Positions 11,637 through 21,373 of a stretch of DNA of 64,000 nt are shown here, piece after piece. Position numbers and translations under genes: made by a program. The stretch comes from an uncultured Chloroflexia bacterium (GTDB lineage: Bacteria; Chloroflexota; Limnocylindria; Limnocylindrales; CSP1-4), in the NCBI GenBank assembly GCA_963768655.1, contig CAVYIM010000003.1, positions 717,682-781,681 on the forward strand, written 5' to 3'. Under the pieces are notes generated by a model. The model did no database searches. It was not told the origin of the DNA and saw only the letters and a list, made by a program, of their open reading frames with translations. The stretch's first letter is position 1. Each line of letters starts with the position of its first letter.

Positions 11637-13013
11637 ATGGACAGGTATCGACGGAGTGTCCTCACGTCGATCGTTGCGTTCGGAAGCCGTGGGATAACCA
11701 TCGTCACGACCCTCATCACCGTGCCCCTGGCCCTCAGGTACCTGGGGGCCGAACGCTACGGGATGTGGATGACGATCAGCTCCCTGCTGGCTCTGCTCAG
11801 TTTCAGCGACCTGGGGATCGGCAATGGTCTGCTGAACGCTGTCGCGGAAGCAAACGGCCGCGACGACGAAGCCGCCGCGGCGCGCTTCGTATCCAGTGCA
11901 CTGGTCATGCTGACCGCGCTGGCCGCCGCGTTGGGGATCGGGTTCATCATTCTGTACAGCCAGGTTTCCTGGGACAAGGTCTTCAACGTCCACTCCCCGC
12001 AAGCGGTCGCGGAAGCCGGTCCGGCCCTCGCGGTCTTCGCCGTATGCTTCATCGCGGCAATGCCTCTTGCCGTGGTCTCGCAGGTTCGGATTGGGTACCA
12101 GCAGGGGTACGCGAACAACTTCTTCCTGGGGATCGGCAACCTCATCGGCTTGATCCTGGTGCTGGTGGGGATCTGGGCGCGGGTGCCGCTGCCGCTCCTG
12201 GTGCTGGCCATGGCGGGCCCGCCGGTAGCTACCGCGGCGGTCCATTCCGTGGTGCTGTTCGGCTTCGAGCGGCCAAAGCTACGGCCGCGCCTCCATCTCG
12301 TGGACGTTCGGGATGCGCTCCAGGTGCTGAGAGTAGGTCTCTCGTTCCTGGTGCTCCAGATGGCCGGGGCCCTTGGTTACTGGTCCAACAGCATCATTGC
12401 CGCCCAGATCGTCGGCGCCACGAAGGTCACCGACTACTACATCGCCACGAAGCTTTTCTTGATCCCGACGATGATGGGATCGTTGTTGCTTGGACCTCTG
12501 TGGCCCGCATATCGCGAAGCCATAACGCGCGGTGACGCGCCGTGGGTTCGGGCCACTCTTCGCCGTTCATTTGCGCTGATCATCTTCGGGGTCTTGCCGG
12601 TCTCCGCAGTACTCACGGTGGCTGGCCCGTGGCTCATCAAAATCTGGGTTGGAACGTCTGTCGTGCCATCTATGTCACTGATCCTGGCGTGCGGCATCTG
12701 GAGCGTGCTCGCAGGCCTCGGAGTAGCGCTCGCGATGTTCCTGAACGGCGCCCAGATCCTCCGCTTTCAGGTCATCGTCGCCGTCGTGATGACGACAGTC
12801 AATCTCCTGCTGAGCATCTACCTGACGATCAACATCGGTGTCGCCGGCGTAATCTGGGGCAGCGTAATCGCGTACTCGATCTTCCTGCTTGTTCCGACGG
12901 GCCTGTACCTCCCTGTGGCGATCAGGCACGTGGAAGCCCGCGCCGCCGCGGCACGATCGGAGGCGGAGAGCGGTCTGGTCTACTCCGACCCACTGGCCGG
13001 TGCAGAGCTGTAG
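11637..13013 (+). CDS. Wzx-like polysaccharide flippase (MOP/PST superfamily), copy 2
   Basis: 'MDRYRRSVLTSIVAFGSRGITIVTTLITVPLALRYLGAERYGMWMTISSLLALLSFSDLGIGNGLLN' followed by a polytopic hydrophobic body. The ORF opens at 11550, but ATG 11637 gives the family-typical N-terminus. Confidence 0.75.
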   Translation: MDRYRRSVLTSIVAFGSRGITIVTTLITVPLALRYLGAERYGMWMTISSLLALLSFSDLGIGNGLLNAVAEANGRDDEAAAARFVSSALVMLTALAAALGIGFIILYSQVSWDKVFNVHSPQAVAEAGPALAVFAVCFIAAMPLAVVSQVRIGYQQGYANNFFLGIGNLIGLILVLVGIWARVPLPLLVLAMAGPPVATAAVHSVVLFGFERPKLRPRLHLVDVRDALQVLRVGLSFLVLQMAGALGYWSNSIIAAQIVGATKVTDYYIATKLFLIPTMMGSLLLGPLWPAYREAITRGDAPWVRATLRRSFALIIFGVLPVSAVLTVAGPWLIKIWVGTSVVPSMSLILACGIWSVLAGLGVALAMFLNGAQILRFQVIVAVVMTTVNLLLSIYLTINIGVAGVIWGSVIAYSIFLLVPTGLYLPVAIRHVEARAAAARSEAESGLVYSDPLAGAEL

Positions 13014-13088
13014 CTGGTGAAGGGCGTCGCGACCCGCCACAGCTGCACGGAGAACCGAGTCGGGTCTGGGGCGCGGACGAGAGAGCCT

Positions 13089-13955
13089 CTAGGAGTGCGG
13101 CCGCTGGAATACCCGTTTGGGCCTGAGCGCGGCCACGATGCGCCGGATCGGTCCGGGCAGCAGGTGATAGATGCGCGACTGGACCGGCTGAATGCGAACG
13201 TAGAGATGTTCCAGACCATGTGCGTGCTGCCGCTCCACCCTGTTCCGCTCGTCACCCATTGGCCAGCGGTCCTTGACTGTCTTGGCGTCCGGGTGGACGG
13301 TCTGGGCGGACAGCACTCGAGGGACGTACACAGGCGTTGAGTGCTCGGCAATTCGTAGGAACAAGTCCAGATCCATGACGTACCGAAGCTTCTCGTCCAG
13401 CTCTCCGACTCGTTCGATTGCCGCGCGCCGAATGAACGAGCTCGGCTGAGGGATCATGTCCCGAGACGTGATCATCGTTCGCCGCCGGAAGGGCTCTCCG
13501 GTGTACCCGAGAAGCTGCCCGGCTGCATCGACCAGCTGCATGCCCCCATACATCACCCATACCTCGGAGTGATCTCGCAGGTACTCGCCTGCGAACCTCA
13601 ACGTTCCGGGCAGGTAGAAGTCGTCGGAGTTGAGCCAGGCCAGGACCTCGCCCTGTCCCTTGCGCCAGCCGGCGTTGATGGCAGCGGTTTGTCCGTCATC
13701 CGGCTGGCTCTGCCAGTAGAAGAGCCGGTCGGCATAGCGCCTGATGATCTCGACGCTCCCGTCCGTGGAGCCTCCGTCCATCACGATGTATTCGAGCCGC
13801 GGGTACTGCTGGTCCAGCACCGAACGGATGGTTCGCTCCAGGAATGGCGCCTGCTGGAAGGACGGCGTCACGACCGTGATCGACGGCAGGCCAACGTCGC
13901 CCGCGTCGGCACTCTCCGTGTCCTGGGATGGCGGCCGAGGCTGTCCATCGGTCAT
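13089..13955 (-). CDS. GT2 glycosyltransferase
   Basis: 'ITVVTPSFQQAPFLERTIRSVLDQQYPRLEYIVMDGGSTDGS' and 'WLNSDDFYLPG' (DxD-type motif). Confidence 0.85.
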   Translation of the reverse strand: MTDGQPRPPSQDTESADAGDVGLPSITVVTPSFQQAPFLERTIRSVLDQQYPRLEYIVMDGGSTDGSVEIIRRYADRLFYWQSQPDDGQTAAINAGWRKGQGEVLAWLNSDDFYLPGTLRFAGEYLRDHSEVWVMYGGMQLVDAAGQLLGYTGEPFRRRTMITSRDMIPQPSSFIRRAAIERVGELDEKLRYVMDLDLFLRIAEHSTPVYVPRVLSAQTVHPDAKTVKDRWPMGDERNRVERQHAHGLEHLYVRIQPVQSRIYHLLPGPIRRIVAALRPKRVFQRPHS

Positions 13956-13984
13956 TGGCCGGTCCCTCTGGCAACCGCCAGCAT

Positions 13985-15064
13985 CTAGCGGAGCCCTTCG
14001 TACAGGTCCAACGAGACGCGGGCCACGACGTCCACATCGTGCGCCCGGGCGGCGTTCGATGCGGCGGTACGCATCTCAGCTGATGCCTTCGGGTCGGCGA
14101 GGACGGCGAGAGCCCGCTGGATTCCTTCCGCCAGCGAGGCCGCGTCTCCCGGCGTGGTCTGGAAGCCGGTCGAGCCCTCGGTGACTACGAACTCCAGACC
14201 GCCGGCTCGAGAGGCGACGACCAGCGCCCCCGAAGCCATTGCCTCGAGCGCCACCAACCCGAGACCCTCCTGGCATACCGACGGCACGACGACGATGGCC
14301 GCTCGTCGCATCAGCTCAGCCACCTGCGCCGGCGTCTGGGGACCGGTGAACGTGGCGGAGATGCCAAGATCACGGGCCTCGGACTCGAGGGCGCTGGCAA
14401 TCCGGCCTGCGCCCACGACCGTCAGAGTCGGCTCCCAGGCAGGCGGCGTGGTCATCTGCGAGAGAGCTTTGAGGAGGACGCTGACGCCCTTCTCCGGTAC
14501 GAGCCGGCCGACGAACAGGATCCCCCGGCGCTCGCCGGAATCGACCTCTCCGGCGGCGAACAGGTCGTAGTCGATCCCAGGCGAGACCACGTGCAGTCGC
14601 GTCGGGTCCGGGCTGAACCGACGGCTGATCTCGTCCGCCAGGAACGGGCTGTTGGCGAGGATGATGTCGGCCGCCCCAAAGACTCGCCGGGCAAGCGCGG
14701 CAGATGCGCGGCTCCGCCAGGGGATGACTATCACGTCTGAGCCGTGCGCGAAGAGCGCCAGAGGGCATCCCAGGATGCGCGCGATCGGCGCGGCGATGAG
14801 GCCTGTCGGGAAGGCTATGTGAGCCTCGACCACGTCGATCTTGCCGGTCCTGCGTGCGCGTGCAGACACGGCCGCGGCTGACGCTCGAAGAGCCAGGCCG
14901 ACGTACTTTCGGCCGCGATCCTTGTGGACGTTGGGACGCGTGATTGCCACGACCCGAACCTCAGCCCCGGCTCGCCTCATGGCCTCCACGCGGGCCGCGA
15001 TGAACGTGCCGAACTCGGGGTGCCTCTCGCTCGGGTACAGGTTGGAAATCACCAGGATGCGCAA
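13985..15064 (-). CDS. GT4 glycosyltransferase
   Basis: 'MRILVISNLYPS', 'LFVGRLVPEKG' and 'PSVCQEGLGLVALEAMASGALVVASRAGGL' (E-x7-E region). Confidence 0.85.
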   Translation of the reverse strand: MRILVISNLYPSERHPEFGTFIAARVEAMRRAGAEVRVVAITRPNVHKDRGRKYVGLALRASAAAVSARARRTGKIDVVEAHIAFPTGLIAAPIARILGCPLALFAHGSDVIVIPWRSRASAALARRVFGAADIILANSPFLADEISRRFSPDPTRLHVVSPGIDYDLFAAGEVDSGERRGILFVGRLVPEKGVSVLLKALSQMTTPPAWEPTLTVVGAGRIASALESEARDLGISATFTGPQTPAQVAELMRRAAIVVVPSVCQEGLGLVALEAMASGALVVASRAGGLEFVVTEGSTGFQTTPGDAASLAEGIQRALAVLADPKASAEMRTAASNAARAHDVDVVARVSLDLYEGLR

Positions 15065-15343
15065 CTTCAGCCTCTCACCGGTGGCACGTGCCGGCGGGTA
15101 CGAACAGGGGCGGGGTGCATCGGCGAATGATAGCGTCTGGTGCCGGCCTGCCGGTGCCCTCGTCTCGTAGCTGTCAGGCGTCGTACACGGGCGCCGACCT
15201 CAGCCAGCCGAGGCTGCATCCGCCTGTTGACGGCGCCGGTTCGTCGCCGAAGGCGCCCGGGACCAGTGACCGTCGACACTCGCGAGCCGATCCAGCTCGC
15301 CCAGGTCTCGCAACCTTCCGGACCGTGTCGGTACCCCCGCAGT

Positions 15344-16255
15344 CTAGAGAGTGGCCAGGAGATCCAGCAGCGTCTGGCCGAGTGGGATCCGGGGTTGCCA
15401 GCCCACGAGCTTGCGGATGAGACTGGCATCGCCTCTGATTTCGGCGGGATCCCCCGTCCGGACGAGCGATTGGTCGATCTCGATCACCGGCGTCACGCCG
15501 ACCATGGCGCACAGGCGCTCAATCACGGAGCGGACGGTGACGACCTTACCGGATGCGACGTTGACGATCGTGCAGCGATCGGAGAGGTCGCCGCGCGCCG
15601 CGGCCTCCAGCAGCAACCTGTAGGCCACGACGACGTCACGGACGTCCGTAAGGTCGCGGCGAACGTCGACGTTTCCCGCCGGGATCGAGGTAGTCAGCCC
15701 TCGCTTGACCGCCATCACACGTTGGGCCATGGCGGGAACCACGAAGACCGGCCGCTGACCGGGCCCCGTGTGATTGAACGACCGGGTGACGACGACCGTG
15801 AAACCATGTCTGGCAGAGGCCTCTACCGCCACGGCCTCCTGTGCGACCTTCGACAGGGCGTACGGATGACTTGGGGCGAGCGGCGCATCCTCGCGGAGCG
15901 GCAGATCCTGGGGCCGAGGCGTGCCGTATGCATCGGCGGAGCCGCTGACGAGGACGGGCGGCCGGATGCCAAGTTCGCGCAAGGCCTCGAAGAGCGCCAC
16001 GGTGCCACCGACGTTGACACGAAAGGCCTCGCCCGGATCCTGTCCGGCATCCGGCGCGAATGCCATCCCGGCCAGGTGGACGACCGTGTCGGGGCGTCCA
16101 CCCCGGTCATCCAGCCATCGGACGACAGACGGCCGATCCGCGATGTCGAGCACGTCCGGGCCCGGTGTCGCCATGACCTCGTGGCCGTGGTCGCTCAGCT
16201 CCCGTTCCAGCCACTGGCCGACAAAGCCATTTGCGCCAGTGATGAAGACCCTCAT
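15344..16255 (-). CDS. short extended-SDR NDP-sugar reductase, GDP-4-dehydro-6-deoxy-D-mannose reductase (Rmd)-like
   Basis: 'MRVFITGANGFVGQWL', 'YALSKVAQE' (YxxxK), 'SFNHTGPGQRPVFVVPAMAQRV' and 'RDLTDVRDVVVAYRLLL'. This layout resembles Rmd-type GDP-sugar reductases as I remember them. The subfamily call is an inference. Confidence 0.7.
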   Translation of the reverse strand: MRVFITGANGFVGQWLERELSDHGHEVMATPGPDVLDIADRPSVVRWLDDRGGRPDTVVHLAGMAFAPDAGQDPGEAFRVNVGGTVALFEALRELGIRPPVLVSGSADAYGTPRPQDLPLREDAPLAPSHPYALSKVAQEAVAVEASARHGFTVVVTRSFNHTGPGQRPVFVVPAMAQRVMAVKRGLTTSIPAGNVDVRRDLTDVRDVVVAYRLLLEAAARGDLSDRCTIVNVASGKVVTVRSVIERLCAMVGVTPVIEIDQSLVRTGDPAEIRGDASLIRKLVGWQPRIPLGQTLLDLLATL

Positions 16256-16260
16256 CGCAG

Positions 16261-16410
16261 TCAGCCGCAGCCTGTGGCCGGGGAAATGTCGAACTCCGGC
16301 CTGGAGTGCTCTTCGAGGCGCGCGACATCGGCATCCAACATCATCTGCACCAGTTCCTCGAAGATCGAGTCGCCGCGCAGCCCTGCCGACCCGCGATTCC
16401 AGTTATCCAT
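16261..16410 (-). CDS. possible 49-aa small protein (hypothetical)
   Basis: ATG 16410 to TGA 16261 gives 'MDNWNRGSAGLRGDSIFEELVQMMLDADVARLEEHSRPEFDISPATGCG'. Third positions are mostly G/C, like the neighbouring genes. It fills an otherwise empty 285-nt gap in a same-strand operon. No homolog recognised. Confidence 0.2.
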   Translation of the reverse strand: MDNWNRGSAGLRGDSIFEELVQMMLDADVARLEEHSRPEFDISPATGCG

Positions 16411-16540
16411 GCCGTCTGAGACATGTGCCTGAGTATAGGGAGGTCCAGATGGGCCAGCGAGGCGACAGCGCGGGCAACTTCGTGCCACTCGCGTCGATTG
16501 CGCTCGGATCGCCGCCAGAGGGCACTGGAGAGAACCTCGC

Positions 16541-17755
16541 TCAGTAGACGAGGCGGGAGTATGCGTCGATGAGTTTCTGGCCGGACGATTCCCACGAGTA
16601 GTCCAACTCACCCAGGCGGCTCGCGGCGGCGACAGTCAGCTCATTCAGCAGAGATCGATCGCCGGCAATGCGAGCCATTGTCCGAGCCAGGCCCTCGGCG
16701 CTTGGATCCTCCACGACCAGTCCGGCCGGGCCCAGGACTCTCCTTGTCTCGGCCAGGTCGAATATGAGCGCGGGACGGCCGATGGCAAGGTACTCAACGA
16801 CCTTCGTCATCGTCGACACGTTGTTGAACGGCGTGGGCGGGTCGGGGCACACGCAGACATGCGACGCGGCCAGCAAGGGCACGAACCGCTCCGCCTGCTG
16901 GTAGCCGTGGAAGACGAGTCGATCGGCGATGCCCAGCTCGGCGGCGAGCCGCACCAGTCGAGGCCGGGCTTCGCCGTCGCCGACGAGGTCGACGACAAAC
17001 TGCAGGTCCGGTTGTATCTGGCGCAGGATCGCGGCGGCCTCGACGAGTATCTCGACTCCGTCCTGGGAACCCATCACGCCGAGGTATCCAAATCTGAAGG
17101 GCGAGTCGCTCTCGGGGCCGTGACCTTCAGCCATCGTGCGGAAGTGAGCGGTCCGTGGGGCGTTGTGGACGACGACGAGCCGATCCGGCGGAACCTTGCC
17201 GCGCTCGGCGGCTATTCGAGCATACGTTTCGTTGGGCACGATGACCAGATCGGCCGTGCGGAAAGAGGCTTCCTCGAGCTTCTCGGTGAGCCACCGGAGC
17301 GGCCGACCGATGCGCCGGTCTCCCCACTTGGCGGCGCTTAGTTCCGGGTTTGCGTCGTGTTGGTCGAAGACGTAGCGGGCACCAAGGGCCCGCCCGCCAA
17401 GACCGAACAGGAAGAACAGATCCGGTGGGTTGCAGCCGTGCAGCGCGTCGATGCGGCGATGGCTGCGGAGCCACAGCAGCCACGCGGCCGTGAAGAGCAT
17501 CGATGGGGCGTACTCGACGAGATAGCCTCCCAATCCGGAGGCGGCACGCTGCGGATAGCGGAGGATCCTTACTCGATCCCGTGTCTCCCGCGTCGCGGTC
17601 ATGCCGTCGCGACCCTTCGGAGCGATCACAGTCACGTCGTAGCCCGCTTCCACCAGCGCCTGCGCCTCGAGCCAGACACGTCGATCGAGCGGAACCGGCA
17701 GGTTCTCGTCCAGGATCACGATGTGTCGCTGGCGCGACCTGGTGCGGGCCGGCAT
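16541..17755 (-). CDS. GT4 glycosyltransferase
   Basis: 'RHIVILDENLPVPLDRRVWLEAQALVEAGYDVTVI', 'FGYLGVMGSQDGV' and 'CPDPPTPFNNVSTMTKVVEYLAIGRPAL'. ATG 17755 is preceded by GGAG at 6 nt. The ORF opens at TTG 17767. Confidence 0.8.
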   Translation of the reverse strand: MPARTRSRQRHIVILDENLPVPLDRRVWLEAQALVEAGYDVTVIAPKGRDGMTATRETRDRVRILRYPQRAASGLGGYLVEYAPSMLFTAAWLLWLRSHRRIDALHGCNPPDLFFLFGLGGRALGARYVFDQHDANPELSAAKWGDRRIGRPLRWLTEKLEEASFRTADLVIVPNETYARIAAERGKVPPDRLVVVHNAPRTAHFRTMAEGHGPESDSPFRFGYLGVMGSQDGVEILVEAAAILRQIQPDLQFVVDLVGDGEARPRLVRLAAELGIADRLVFHGYQQAERFVPLLAASHVCVCPDPPTPFNNVSTMTKVVEYLAIGRPALIFDLAETRRVLGPAGLVVEDPSAEGLARTMARIAGDRSLLNELTVAAASRLGELDYSWESSGQKLIDAYSRLVY

Positions 17756-18118
17756 TCTAGTCTCCAAGGGCTGGCGGCCGTCCGCGCTCGCGTACGTCCA
17801 GCGAGCGACGACCGCGGGAGCTGGTCGATGACCACCGGGGCTCGGACGAAGACCTCATGACTACGTGGACCCCGACCCGCCACCGGCTCCGGAGCTGACG
17901 AACTGGTCAGGACAGTATCGTCGGAGCCCAAGACCTCTGCAAACGCCGCGGCTCCAGGCCTCCGCGGCGCTGCCGGCCCGGATGGCTGGCGGATCGGAAT
18001 CCTGAGGAGTGGCCCGGGCGGCGGCGTCATTGGGAGGTCTCTGCGGATGACGACGTCGCCCAGGTCCGACGTCCGTACCCTTGCCCGCGGTGGCCGCCGA
18101 CATATCCGGCTGCCGGTG

Positions 18119-19524
18119 CTACTTCTTGGCAAGCACGAAGCGCCGGGCAACGAGATGTGGGACCGAGACGGATGGTCCGTCGAGCACATAGCCGTGCCGC
18201 TTCAGGGTCGCGAGGAAAGATACGATGCTGGCATCTCCCGACGGATTACCGATGATCCACACCGCCGGCGGCCACGTCCGCTCTATCTGCGACTCGTTCA
18301 TCCTGGCGGGTGCGTTCCCGGCTAGTCCGAGCCGCTCTACGTAGTAATCATAGACGGGGTACACATATTCGGGATTGAACACGACCATGTCGCCCGCCTG
18401 TGCCCTCGACGTCAACGCAACAGTGGCGTCGCGCCAGTCCCCATTCGGGAGCAGCGCATACGACGAGGCCCCGGTCGTTGCAGAGATTGCCACCAGCCAG
18501 ACGGCGGCCAACACCGCTAGCCTGCGAGGCTTCACCGAGAATGCCGTGATCACGCAGACGGCGGCGAGGCCCGGCACCGCAAACAACAAGTAGCGCTCTA
18601 TGAGCATCGGGTGGAAGAGTGAGACCGCGATCGTGGCGGCGATAGGCACGACCCCTATCAGGAGGGGCAAGGAGTAGTCACGCCGACCACTTGCAACGAG
18701 CCAGGCGACGAAGAGGAGGGCCTCGCCGGCGACCACGAACAGTGGCCAGCTTGCGCCTGCCAGCGCGAACAACGTGGAGATGATCTGGCTTTGGCTGAGG
18801 GGGGGATCCAGGCAACCAGCCCCGAATGAAGCGTTGCAAACACGGCTATCGGCGTTGACAGCGCAGCCACGACGATGCCGGCGGCGACGGCGCGGCGAAG
18901 ATGGTCGCGCTCGTAGGTCACCAGCCATATCGCATGGGCCAACAGAACGAACGCCGTCCACAGGTGCGCGTAAATAGCCAGGACGGCCATCGCTGCGTAA
19001 AGCCACCACCAGCGCATCGATCGACGCTCCACCGCGATCTGCAGCGCCAGCGTTGCCGCGAGCACCAAGAACAGCGCCAAACTGTACATCCGCGCCTGCT
19101 GCGCATAGGTGATGAACATCTGCGACGTCGCGAACATCAGGCTGACGGCTATCGCCCCAACTGGATCCAGCCAGCGACGAGCGATCAGATACAGCAGCGG
19201 GACCGAGCCGGCGGCAAGGATGGCAGAGAAGGCGCGAACAGGGCCCTCATGTATCCCGACCAAGCCGACCCACCAATGCAGCAGAAAGTAGTAGAGCGCA
19301 CCGTTGGCGTCGCGCGAGACGTAATGGACGAGCCCAGGCAAGTCGGCCCGGGCGTACTGGATGCTCACGGCTTCATCGAACCAGACGCTCTTCGATCCGA
19401 TCCGATACAGCCCGAGCGCAAGCGCTACGCCGAACAGCCCCGCCAAGAGCAGCCAACGCGAGAAGACGACTCCAGGGACACGGTTCTTGACGGAGACAAC
19501 AACGGACAAGCCGGTTCCTTTCAT
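18119..19524 (-). pseudogene. GT-C fold membrane glycosyltransferase (GT39/PMT_2-like) split by a frameshift in a C7 homopolymer
   Basis: ORF 18658..19629(-) gives the N-terminal TM half ('YRIGSKSVWFDEAVSIQYA', 'LLYLIARRW'). ORF 18119..19009(-) gives the collinear C-terminal half ('LSQSQIISTLFALAGASWPLFVVAG...'). The frames switch exactly at the G7 run at 18799-18805 on the plus strand. A run of 8 would restore 'AWIPPLSQSQ'. Confidence 0.7.
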
Positions 19525-19962
19525 TCCGTCTCTGACGGGTCGACCCACTCCCGCTGAGTGAGGCCTCCCGCGGTTCTGGCTCCTCGAGCAGTTCGACAAC
19601 AGACTCAAACTGCTGAACGTCCTCCGCAATTCTCCAACAACTCCGCCCGCGGAAAGCGGCGCTTTCGCGGCCCCGACATCTTGACCCGATCAGCGGCGGC
19701 GTACCCGAGGTCGTGTAGGTCCCTGTTCGGCGAGAGTCGAATGAGGGCCTTCGTTTCCGCGCCTATTCCCAGCAACCCTGACGTCGAGAGACAGGGTCTT
19801 GGGCAAGCCCGATGAGTCGCCCAGATGGACGCTCCCGAACCGAGGGCCGCGTTACGCCCCTGACCCTGTAGGGCGAGTAGGAGGCGGCGTCGAGCCAGAA
19901 ACGCGAGCGGGACGGCGCCGCGACCGCAACTGCCGCTGTCGTGCTCCTGTATCGTTGCGGCC

Positions 19963-21300
19963 ATGTCTGACACTTACCACCTCACTGTCGTCGGGGCCGG
20001 CTACGTCGGCCTGGCCACCGCAATCGGACTCGCCTCGCGCGGGCACACCGTGGACCTCGTGGAAACCCGCCGGGACCGCCTGGAAGCCCTGGTCGGGGGC
20101 GAACTTCCAATCCACGAGCCGGGCATGGACGCGGCCTTTGCGGATCCGGCCGTGCGAGGCCGCATCAGTTCGGTGGGGCGGATCCCCGAGGGGCCTTCCG
20201 ACCTCGTCCTGATCTGCGTCGGGACGCCGCTTGACGAGAACGGGCGGAGCGATTTGCAGCAGCTCCGGAGCGCCCTGGAAGCGTCGCGTCAGCTGGTCCA
20301 ATCCGGCGTGCCCCTCGTCATCCGCAGCACTCTGCCGGTTGGTTCCAACGACCAGGTCATTCGCTGGGCTGGCGGCGACCGAACTCGGATCTTTACCAAC
20401 CCCGAGTTCCTGGCCCAGGGCAGGGCCCTGGAGGATTTCCTCGCGCCGAGCCGGGTGGTGATCGGCAGGTTTCCCGACGCAGACCCCAAGGCCCTGGCCG
20501 TTGTCGAAGCCGTCCTCGGAGTCGAAACGTGCCCGGTCATGGTCGTGAGCGTGGCCGAAGCCGACCTCATCAAGAACGGGGCCAACGCGTTCCTGGCCCT
20601 GAAGCTCTCCTATGCCAACGAGCTGGCGGTCTTGTGCGAGGAACTCGGCGCCGACGTCGTGACGGTTATCGACGGGATCGGGTTGGACCCACGCCTGGGC
20701 AAGAAGTACATGCAGCCCAGCTTCGGCTTCGGCGGCAGTTGTCTGCCCAAGGATCTCCGCTCGCTCACCAACGTGGGGCGCGACCTGGGGCTGGAGATGC
20801 ACGTCACGTCGGCGGCTTCCGAAGCCAACGAGTCGCACCAGCGGCGGTTCGCCCGACGCATATTGGGGTCACTCGAGCCGGGCGCCAGACGGGTTGCCAT
20901 GCTGGGCCTGGCCTTCAAGGCGGGCACGGACGACGTTCGGTCGTCGCCGGCGCTCCGTGTCGCGGAGTTGCTGATGGCGCGTGGCGTGGAAGTCGTGGGC
21001 TACGATCCTCACGCCGCTCTGAACGCGGCCGCGGTCCTGCCCGGTCTGCACCTGGCCGCCACGGCCGAAGAAGCGCTGGTGGGCGCCGGCGCCGCCGTGA
21101 TCGGCACTGAGTGGCCGGAGTTCCGCGACCTCGACTGGCGCGCGATAGCGCCGACGATGGCCGCTCCGGTCGTGATCGACGGCAGACGCCTGCTGGATGG
21201 GCCGGCGTTGCGGGCCATGGGATTCCGCTACGAGGCCGTGGGTGCCCCGGCATCGACCCAGCCCCCTCGAGTGCGGGACAAGGCAAGAGCCGCCGGCTAG
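19963..21300 (+). CDS. UDP-glucose 6-dehydrogenase-type nucleotide-sugar dehydrogenase, copy 2
   Basis: 'LTVVGAGYVGLATAIGLA', 'NPEFLAQGRALEDF', 'GFGGSCLPKD' (catalytic Cys) and 'GLAFKAGTDDVRSSPA'. Confidence 0.85.
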   Translation: MSDTYHLTVVGAGYVGLATAIGLASRGHTVDLVETRRDRLEALVGGELPIHEPGMDAAFADPAVRGRISSVGRIPEGPSDLVLICVGTPLDENGRSDLQQLRSALEASRQLVQSGVPLVIRSTLPVGSNDQVIRWAGGDRTRIFTNPEFLAQGRALEDFLAPSRVVIGRFPDADPKALAVVEAVLGVETCPVMVVSVAEADLIKNGANAFLALKLSYANELAVLCEELGADVVTVIDGIGLDPRLGKKYMQPSFGFGGSCLPKDLRSLTNVGRDLGLEMHVTSAASEANESHQRRFARRILGSLEPGARRVAMLGLAFKAGTDDVRSSPALRVAELLMARGVEVVGYDPHAALNAAAVLPGLHLAATAEEALVGAGAAVIGTEWPEFRDLDWRAIAPTMAAPVVIDGRRLLDGPALRAMGFRYEAVGAPASTQPPRVRDKARAAG

Positions 21301-21373
21301 AAGGCCAAGTGCAGCCGGCCGGCGCCGAGCCTTGTCAGGCGCCCACTCCTGTGTCCCGGCCGACAGCGATCTA

